A DNA stretch of 64,000 nt from NCBI GenBank assembly GCA_036229005.1, contig JAZAMN010000071.1, positions 160,001 through 224,000 of the forward strand, in the 5' to 3' direction. A program made the translations under genes and the position numbers. Source of the stretch: Myxococcota bacterium. Lineage in GTDB: Bacteria > Myxococcota_A > UBA796 > CAJQPC01. This document shows positions 54,213 to 61,307 of this stretch, one piece after another (the stretch's first letter is position 1; each line of letters starts with the position of its first letter). The notes below the pieces were generated by a model. The model was not told where the DNA came from. It saw only the letters and a list, made by a program, of their open reading frames with translations, and made no database searches.

Positions 54213-55721
54213 ATGGCATCCTCCGGCCGCTCCAGGCCCGCCCCATTCCAGAGCGGCACGCCCGTCGGCGAACACTTCCGCGTGGAGGCCCTGGTCCGCC
54301 TCTCCGAAGGCCGGATGTTCTACCTGGTGACCGACGACCGCTCGGAGAAGCCCACCCGGCGCTGCTGGGACTGCGGGCACTCCGACTCGCCCCGCACCGC
54401 CGAGGCCTGCGCCGGCTGCGGGACCCCCTTCCAGCCACGCACGCAGTTCCTGATGTCGGTGCGCTGGGCCCCGGACACCTTCTCGCCCTACCAGCGCTTC
54501 TTCGAGAAGGGCCTGCGCCACCCCGGCCTGCTGCCCCCCGACGACTGCTTCATCCACGCCGGCCTGCTCTGCAGCGTGGTCCGCTACCGGGGTGAGTCCC
54601 TGATGCTGGACGAGGCCGCGCCGCTCTCCGCCCGCGGGGTCATCCACCTGGGCCAGCGCTTCGCCGGGATGCTCGCGTCCCTGCACTACAAGGGCGTCTC
54701 CCTGGCCTCCATGACCCGCGCCAACGTGCTGCTGCGTCGAGCCGAGAACCGCCTGCTGCTCTTCGACCCCGACGTCTCCCAGGTCTACGACGGGCCCGTC
54801 CCCGAAGCCGAGCGCGGCAAGGAGCTGCGGGCTCTGGGGCGCATGCTGCGGCGCTACACCCCCGTCAACGCCAACCGGCTCGCGGACTTCTTCGCCATGA
54901 CCGAGCAGGGTGCGTTCGCCAGCCCGCTGGAGTTCGGCAGGGCCATCGAGAAGCAGTTCGACGCCTTCGTCGATCACGAGTCACCGCCGGGCATCGCGGC
55001 CATGACCGACGTCGGACTGGCCCGCTCCCTGAACGAGGACAACTGGTCCTGGACCCAGCTCTCGGACGACACCTTCCTGTACGTCGTCGCCGACGGCATG
55101 GGCGGACACGACTCCGGCGAGGTCGCCTCGGAGCTGGCCAGCTCCACCATCTGCCGCGTGGCCCGCGAGCGCATGGCCGCCAAGCCCGACATGGGCGACG
55201 AGGCCCTGGAGAACCTCCTGGACGAGGCCTTCCAGAAGGCCAACAACACGGTCAAGGAGACCGCCGAGGCGCGGGGCAACGACATGGGCACCACCCTGGT
55301 GGCCCTGCTGGTCCGCGGGCGCACCGTGTTCATGGCCAACGTCGGCGACTCCCGCGGCTACCTCTTCCGCGACCAGGAGCTGCACCAGGTCTCCAAGGAC
55401 CACTCGCTGGTCTCCAAGATGGTCGAGCAGGGCCGCATCACGGCCGAAGAGGCCCGCACCCACCCCCACAGCAACATCCTGCTGCGCACCGTGGGCACCG
55501 AGCGGGACGTCGAGATCGACATCTTCCGCGTCCAGGCCCAGCCGGGTGACCGCTTCCTGCTCAACTCCGATGGGCTCTGGGGCGAGGTCGAGGACGCGCG
55601 CATCCAGGAGCTGATGCGCCAGTACGACGACCCGCGCATCTGCGCCCGGGAGCTGGTCCGGGCCGCCCACCACGGCGGCGGCAAGGACAACGTCACCCTG
55701 ATGATCGTGACCGTCCCCTAG
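54213..55721 (+). CDS. PP2C (Stp1/PrpC-like) phosphatase with N-terminal zinc ribbon and kinase-like domain
   Basis: CWDC..CAGC; TDVGLARSLNEDN, VADGMGGH, MGTT, NVGDSRGY, DHS, SDGL, GGKDNVT. Confidence 0.92.
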   Translation: MASSGRSRPAPFQSGTPVGEHFRVEALVRLSEGRMFYLVTDDRSEKPTRRCWDCGHSDSPRTAEACAGCGTPFQPRTQFLMSVRWAPDTFSPYQRFFEKGLRHPGLLPPDDCFIHAGLLCSVVRYRGESLMLDEAAPLSARGVIHLGQRFAGMLASLHYKGVSLASMTRANVLLRRAENRLLLFDPDVSQVYDGPVPEAERGKELRALGRMLRRYTPVNANRLADFFAMTEQGAFASPLEFGRAIEKQFDAFVDHESPPGIAAMTDVGLARSLNEDNWSWTQLSDDTFLYVVADGMGGHDSGEVASELASSTICRVARERMAAKPDMGDEALENLLDEAFQKANNTVKETAEARGNDMGTTLVALLVRGRTVFMANVGDSRGYLFRDQELHQVSKDHSLVSKMVEQGRITAEEARTHPHSNILLRTVGTERDVEIDIFRVQAQPGDRFLLNSDGLWGEVEDARIQELMRQYDDPRICARELVRAAHHGGGKDNVTLMIVTVP

Positions 55722-56488
55722 ACCGGCTGGGCGGTCCCCGGCGCGTCCCGCGCCACCACGAACCAGGCCACCGCGAACGCCACCATCCCGGCGCCCGCCC
55801 AGGGTCCCCAGCGCCGCCGCACCAGCGCCGGGGGCGGCGGCTGGAAGTCCACCTGCGTGGTGCGCCCCGGGACCACCTGCACGACCAGCAGGTGCTGCCC
55901 GCCCTGCGGGTCCTCCATGCCCAGGGTGTGCTTGCCCCCCTCCACCTTGGGCAGGCTCAGCGCCCCGCCCACCTCGCCCAGCGACTCGCCGTCCAAGCTC
56001 ATCCGCACCCCCACCGGCGCGTTGACCAGCAGCCCCCCGTCGGCAAAGAACGCGTCCTCCAGGATGTCGATGGGCGCCCCGCCACCTCGCGGCAGGGTGC
56101 TCAGGTAGCCCCGCGGCGCATCGGGCGTGGCCGCGTCCCAGACCCGCAGGTGTCCGGTCGGTGCCTCGGCGCTCCCCGCCACCTCCAGCACCAGGAGCTG
56201 GTCCACCGCCAGCTCCTGCGTCAGCGCCCCCCAGCACGCCGCGTCCTCGCCGCAGCGCCCCGCCAGCGCGGCGGGCTCCAGGCCCGTGCGCGCCTCCACC
56301 ACCACATCGTCCAGCACCAGGTAGCGGCCTGAGCCCTGGAGCAGCGCCAGGGTGTCCGTGCGCGTGCTGGCGACCACCGGGCGGGGGGTCTCGGGGGCTC
56401 CCTCCACCAGCAGCGCGGCGCGCACCTTGAGCTGCGGCGCGGCCAGCGCGGGGGTGTGGGCCAGGGCGATCGCGAGCAGAGCCGACAT
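55718..56488 (-). CDS. Exported protein with PEGA-like domain and C-terminal TM segment
   Basis: Signal peptide; GVRMSLDGESLG..GGKHTL; RRRWGPW followed by TM. Confidence 0.65.
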   Translation of the reverse strand: MSALLAIALAHTPALAAPQLKVRAALLVEGAPETPRPVVASTRTDTLALLQGSGRYLVLDDVVVEARTGLEPAALAGRCGEDAACWGALTQELAVDQLLVLEVAGSAEAPTGHLRVWDAATPDAPRGYLSTLPRGGGAPIDILEDAFFADGGLLVNAPVGVRMSLDGESLGEVGGALSLPKVEGGKHTLGMEDPQGGQHLLVVQVVPGRTTQVDFQPPPPALVRRRWGPWAGAGMVAFAVAWFVVARDAPGTAQPV

Positions 56489-56495
56489 CAGGCGC

Positions 56496-56502
56496 TACGC
56501 TA
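56496..56502. promoter_or_regulatory. Bidirectional -10 element (TACGCT on +, TAGCGT on -)
   Basis: Each hexamer lies exactly 8 nt from a divergent ATG; intergenic gap only 21 bp. Confidence 0.6.
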
Positions 56503-56509
56503 TCCCGCC

Positions 56510-57706
56510 ATGGACCTCCCCACTGCCCTCATCCCGATCTGTCAGGACATCGCCGACCAAGGCGGCCGCGCCTACCTGGTGGGCGGCTGGGTGCGCGACC
56601 TGCACCTGGGCCTGCCCTCCAAGGACATCGACCTGGAGGTCTTCGGGCTCCCCCACGACGCCCTCATGGCCACCCTGTCGCGCCACGGCCGCCCCCACAG
56701 CGTCGGCCGCAGCTTCGACGTCATCAAGCTGCGCCTGCCCGACCACGCCGAGGAGCTCGACTGGGCTCTGCCCCGATCGCACCTCGCCGGCGCCGGAGAT
56801 CCCAACCTCAGCCTCGAGCAGGCATCCGCCCGGAGAGATCTGCGCTGCAATGCGCTGTACTACGATCCCCTCTCCTCCCAGACCCTCGACCCCACCGGGG
56901 GACTGGCCGACCTCCGCGCCCGCCAGCTCCACCAGGTCAGCGACGCCGGCTTCCTGGACGACCCCCTCCGCGCCCTCCGCGCCATCCGCCTGGCCGTCCA
57001 GAAGGGCCTGGATCTCCACCCCGAGCTGGCCGCCCTCCTGCCCCGCTGCCCCCTGAGCGGCCTCCCCCCCGAGCGCATCCGCGGCGAGCTCCTCAAGATC
57101 TGCCTGGCCCCCGAGCCCCACCGCGCCATCCGGCTGATGGCCGACCACGGGCTCTACGGGCAGCTCCTCCCCGACAGCGATCCCCAGGCAGCCGCCCAGC
57201 GGGCGGAGGAGGTGGCTGGTCTGCGCTCGATGCTCTCGGGCCCACCGCTTCGGCTGCTGTTGGTGCTCGGTGCATGGCTGCTGGATCACCCCACCGTCGA
57301 GGACACCCTGACCCGCCTGGACCTGGTCTCCGCACACGGAGCGCCGCTGCGCCGCTGGGTCCCCGCCCTCTGCGCAGCCTGGGAGCGCTCCGAGCGGCCG
57401 CCCAGCGACACCGATCTGCGGCGCGAGGCCGACCAGCTCCCCCTGCTGCCCTTCACCCTGCTGAGCTGCGGGCTGCTGGGCCTGGACACCACCGAGCAGA
57501 TCCTGCGCCTGAGCGCGCTGGGCGTGGACGCCGGGCCCCTGCCCCGCCTGCTGGATGGCGCGGCGCTGCAAGCCCTGGGCATCCCGCCAGGCCCCCGCAT
57601 GGGCGCGGCGCTGCGGGCGCTCCGGGAATCCCAGTGGGCAGGCCGGGTTTCCACCCCCGAGCAGGCCCGCGACTTTGTGCGCCTCTGGGGCCGGAGCCCA
57701 CAATAG
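56510..57706 (+). CDS. Class II tRNA nucleotidyltransferase (possibly CC-adding type)
   Basis: YLVGGWVRD..KDIDL, RRDLRCNAL, DPTGGLADL, DDPLR, ERIRGEL, GIPPGPRMG. Confidence 0.88.
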   Translation: MDLPTALIPICQDIADQGGRAYLVGGWVRDLHLGLPSKDIDLEVFGLPHDALMATLSRHGRPHSVGRSFDVIKLRLPDHAEELDWALPRSHLAGAGDPNLSLEQASARRDLRCNALYYDPLSSQTLDPTGGLADLRARQLHQVSDAGFLDDPLRALRAIRLAVQKGLDLHPELAALLPRCPLSGLPPERIRGELLKICLAPEPHRAIRLMADHGLYGQLLPDSDPQAAAQRAEEVAGLRSMLSGPPLRLLLVLGAWLLDHPTVEDTLTRLDLVSAHGAPLRRWVPALCAAWERSERPPSDTDLRREADQLPLLPFTLLSCGLLGLDTTEQILRLSALGVDAGPLPRLLDGAALQALGIPPGPRMGAALRALRESQWAGRVSTPEQARDFVRLWGRSPQ

Positions 57707-57749
57707 GGACTATGTTGCAGGCACACCAGCCACGGGAACAACGACCAGC

Positions 57750-59258
57750 ATGACCCTCCTCCTCGCGCTCTTCGCCACGAGCTGCACCCTGGGTCTCCAG
57801 GCCCCCGCCCAGGCCCAGGAAACCCCGCCCGCCGAGCCCGCTCCCCAGGAGCCCAGCGCCGCGGCCGAGGCCCCAGCGGTCGCCGTCCTGGAGCTGAGCT
57901 CCGACATCCGCGCCGAGTACCTGCACCGCGCCCCCATGCTGGTGCGCCTGAGCGTCACCAACAGCGGCGGCGCCAAGGGCAGCTTCCCCGACCTCAAGGC
58001 GCGCCCGCACCTGGTCCACTTCGAGTTCGTGGACGAGCGCGGCAAGAAGGTCGTCTACCGCAACACCGCGCCCTCCAGCGACACCAACACCCAGTGGAGC
58101 CTCGGCCCCCGCGGTCGCAAGCAGGTGCTGCTGGAGATCCCCCAGTCCCAGACCCTCAAGCCGGGGGCCTACACCCTCACCGTCCGCATCAAGGACCCCG
58201 CCGGCGAGAAGGCGCTGGACCCCGTCAAGCTCCAGGTCGTGCCCGTGCGGCCCCAGGCCGGGGAGCTCACCTTCGAGCCCCTGGGCGCCAAGCGCGGCGG
58301 CCACCAGGTGGTCTGGCTGCAGGACGGCGAGCAGGGCTACGACATCTACCTGCACCACGCCGACGCAAAAGACCCCGTCCGCGAGCTGGCCGACTACCAC
58401 CTGGCCCACCTGGAGCAGCCCGCCACCCCCGTCCTGGCCCTGGCTCAGCCCGGCCAGCGCTGGGACCGCCACGTCTACTGGCAGCGCGACGCCCGCTCTC
58501 TGCAGGTGGTGCGCTTGGACGGACAGGCCAACGCCTCCGCGCCCAAGGTCATCCAGACCCCCTACCCCAAGATCGAGGTCATGGGGCGCGGCGTCAGCGA
58601 CGGCGACGGCGGCCTGCACATCCCCGTCTGGATCCCCGCCCCCAAGGGCTCCGGCGGCGAGCTCATGGTCATCAGCCTGCGCGACGGGGGCACCCGCAGC
58701 TACCGCAGCCTCTCCCGCTACGACCAGCGCCCGGCCTGGCTGGAGACCGGCGTGGACAGCGGCGGCAACCTGCGCGTCGTGCTCCCCAACGACGGCAACC
58801 TGGACCAGTACACGGTGCTCTCTGCGACCGAGCTCCCGGGCGCCGGCAAGCGCCTGGTCGACGTCAAGGTCACCCCCACCCCGCCCCTGGCGGCCTCCTA
58901 CGGCGTGATCCCCGCCGCCGAGGGGCAGTCGGGCGGTCTGGGCCTCTTCGCCTTGCTGGAGACCGCCGAGCCCGGCGTCGCTCAGGGCGTGTGGTTCTCC
59001 CTGGACGGCAAGCAGGTCGCCCAGGGCCCCAAGCTCCCTCTGGGCCCCGGCAGCGTCCAGGATGTGCTCCCCATGGGCCGCGACGACTTCGCTGTGCTCA
59101 TGCTCCAGGAGGACGGCAGCTCGGTGCTCGTGCAGCCTGGGCTCACCCCCTTGCCCGTGGAGAAGCTGGACCGCCCGGCGCTGGTCTCCGACGGCGAGGT
59201 GATCTGGGTGCGCGGCTTCCAGGACGACGGCCCCATCGTGAGCAAGCGCCTGCGCTGA
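57750..59258 (+). CDS. Hypothetical exported protein or lipoprotein, beta-rich
   Basis: MTLLLALFATSC; strong codon bias. Confidence 0.72.
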   Translation: MTLLLALFATSCTLGLQAPAQAQETPPAEPAPQEPSAAAEAPAVAVLELSSDIRAEYLHRAPMLVRLSVTNSGGAKGSFPDLKARPHLVHFEFVDERGKKVVYRNTAPSSDTNTQWSLGPRGRKQVLLEIPQSQTLKPGAYTLTVRIKDPAGEKALDPVKLQVVPVRPQAGELTFEPLGAKRGGHQVVWLQDGEQGYDIYLHHADAKDPVRELADYHLAHLEQPATPVLALAQPGQRWDRHVYWQRDARSLQVVRLDGQANASAPKVIQTPYPKIEVMGRGVSDGDGGLHIPVWIPAPKGSGGELMVISLRDGGTRSYRSLSRYDQRPAWLETGVDSGGNLRVVLPNDGNLDQYTVLSATELPGAGKRLVDVKVTPTPPLAASYGVIPAAEGQSGGLGLFALLETAEPGVAQGVWFSLDGKQVAQGPKLPLGPGSVQDVLPMGRDDFAVLMLQEDGSSVLVQPGLTPLPVEKLDRPALVSDGEVIWVRGFQDDGPIVSKRLR

Positions 59259-59338
59259 GTCAGGCGGCCTGACGGCCCCCGCCCCCGAGGGGCCCCGGGT
59301 CCAGAGCGGCCCCGGGTTCCACAACGGACCCCAGAGCA

Positions 59339-59370
59339 GAGAGGCCGGACCCCAAGGGGCCCGGCCTCTC
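59339..59370. terminator. Hairpin between convergent genes
   Basis: GAGAGGCCGG-ACCCCAAGGGGC-CCGGCCTCTC. Confidence 0.5.
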
Positions 59371-59389
59371 ACTGGATCTGCACCAGCGC

Positions 59390-60388
59390 TCAGTCAGCGC
59401 AGTGGTAGACCTTGGCGACGTCCGCCGAGAAGCTCTCGTCCACTGCACCGTCGCAGGCCGCGCCGGAGGTGTAGGTCGTGTAGCTCAGGGTCTCGCCGTC
59501 AAAGGAGAAGCCAGCGCGGCCACCGTCATCGCAGGTGTTGCAGGAGGGGTTGTCCACGCTCGGGTTCAGCGTGCAGCCACAGAAGGTGGCCTGCTCGCCA
59601 GCGCAGTAGGCCGCCTCGGCCAGGCCGAACGCGGTCTCGCGCGCCTTGCAGTCGCCCGCGGCCTCCCGCTCGGGGGAGCAGGCCTCGTTGGGGACAACAC
59701 ACTCGACAGCCAGGGTGTCGATGAGGTCGCTGCACGCGCCCTCCGCGACGATCAGGCCAAAGGAGAGCAGGTCGTCGTCCATCGGCAGGGACCAGGTGTC
59801 CAGCGCGATGGTGTAGCGACGGTCAGGGTGCAGCGCGGTGTCGACCGTGCAGTACTCGGGGGTGGCGCGACCGGCGTGGGCGCCGTTCTGGCCACGGCTG
59901 CCGACGAACACACACTCGTTGGTGTTCACGGTGACCACGTTGCCCAGGGAGTCCTCGTAGGCCTGCTCGAAGTCGCCCATCTCCAGGTCCGGCGTGCCGG
60001 TGTAGTTGGAGCTCAGGCCCACCGACAGGTCGATGTCGCCATCGTCATCGGTGTTGTCGGCGTACTGGTACGCAGGGCTGGGGGACTCCAGGTCCACGGA
60101 CTGGTTCCAGGTCACGGCCTCGGGGTCCACGAACACGCAGTACTCGCCACCGTCCGCCATGAAGCTCGCGGTCGCGCCGCCAAAGAGCTGGTCCCGAGGC
60201 ACGGTGACGGAGGCGTACACCGTGTTCTCGCGGCGCTGGGCAGCGGTCGCCAGATCCGAGAGGGGCACCGGCGTGACTTCGCCGATGTCCAGGACGCCGT
60301 CGTAGCCCGCGACGGGCTGAGGGGTGTACTCCTCTCCGCTGCGGTCGCAGGCCAGCAGGGAGAGCACCAGGGTAGAAGCGAACATCAT
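59390..60388 (-). CDS. Cys-rich acidic lipoprotein, TBDR operon
   Basis: SLLAC lipobox; TGATG coupling. Confidence 0.78.
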   Translation of the reverse strand: MMFASTLVLSLLACDRSGEEYTPQPVAGYDGVLDIGEVTPVPLSDLATAAQRRENTVYASVTVPRDQLFGGATASFMADGGEYCVFVDPEAVTWNQSVDLESPSPAYQYADNTDDDGDIDLSVGLSSNYTGTPDLEMGDFEQAYEDSLGNVVTVNTNECVFVGSRGQNGAHAGRATPEYCTVDTALHPDRRYTIALDTWSLPMDDDLLSFGLIVAEGACSDLIDTLAVECVVPNEACSPEREAAGDCKARETAFGLAEAAYCAGEQATFCGCTLNPSVDNPSCNTCDDGGRAGFSFDGETLSYTTYTSGAACDGAVDESFSADVAKVYHCAD

Positions 60389-61299
60389 CAGTTCTCCACC
60401 TTCTCGCCGATCACGAGGCGGATCTCCGGGGTGTCGGCGCGGTAGGCCTCGGCGTCCTCCGCCTCGACCGTGAACACGTCGTCCATCCCGACCACCCAGT
60501 CGCCCTCGCCGATGTAGCGGGCGGGGTAGTTCAGCAGATCCGTCTCAGCGACGCCGTAGGCGATATCGTTGTTGTACTCGGTGTTGGTCTGACCGTCGTT
60601 GGGATCGCAGGTCGAGAAGGTGAAGCGGTTGGACGCGGTGCCCTCGAACATGTCGGAGGGGGCGTCCATCCAACCCCAGAGCTGCATGCCCTGGCGGTAG
60701 TTGACCCGCCACATGTTGAACTCGGCCTCGAAGTCGCCGTCGGCGTTCTCGACAAAGTCCAGGCGGTCGATCTTCTCGCCCTCGTAGGTGACCTCGGAGA
60801 TCCACTCCATCTCGTAGTCGGCCGTGATCTCGAAGAGGTCGTAGCAGACGGTCTGGAAGTAGCCGGCGGAGTCCACCTCGTTGCCGAACTGATCCTGGAT
60901 GGGGTCACCCACCACGTCCCGGAAGAAGGAGATCAGGTCGTCGTAGTCGGTGAAGCGACCGCTGGGCGTGCGGCAAGCCAGGTAGTCGAAGCAGGCAAAG
61001 TCAAAGCGACCCACGGACCCGCCCCCGTAGGGATAGGTGTTGCCCGGCAGGTCCGCGGAGACCACGGGCCCGGTCTCGGGGTGGGTGTAGCCGTAGTCAA
61101 GCTGGTTCACGCTGGGGAAGGCGCCCAGGTAGACCGGCCCGATGAAGCGGGAGTCGGTCACCTCGGTGATCTCACCGGTCTCAGCGTCCAGGATCCGTCG
61201 GGTGGCCGCCTCGCGGGGGATCACCACGGTGCCCGAGATGTTCGCCTGCGGGAGCTCTTCGTCGAAGGTGCAACCCAGCACCAGGGAAAGCAACAACAT
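60388..61299 (-). CDS. Acidic lipoprotein, TBDR operon
   Basis: MLLLSLVLGC; GAGG RBS overlapping the TBDR stop. Confidence 0.78.
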   Translation of the reverse strand: MLLLSLVLGCTFDEELPQANISGTVVIPREAATRRILDAETGEITEVTDSRFIGPVYLGAFPSVNQLDYGYTHPETGPVVSADLPGNTYPYGGGSVGRFDFACFDYLACRTPSGRFTDYDDLISFFRDVVGDPIQDQFGNEVDSAGYFQTVCYDLFEITADYEMEWISEVTYEGEKIDRLDFVENADGDFEAEFNMWRVNYRQGMQLWGWMDAPSDMFEGTASNRFTFSTCDPNDGQTNTEYNNDIAYGVAETDLLNYPARYIGEGDWVVGMDDVFTVEAEDAEAYRADTPEIRLVIGEKVEN

Positions 61300-61307
61300 G
61301 GGGGACC

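Noticed and set aside
59259..59370. Hairpin cluster resembling a piece of repeat family A (ccccaagggg..cctctc)
   Set aside because: Similarity is too short to establish homology; adequately explained as a terminator between convergent genes.
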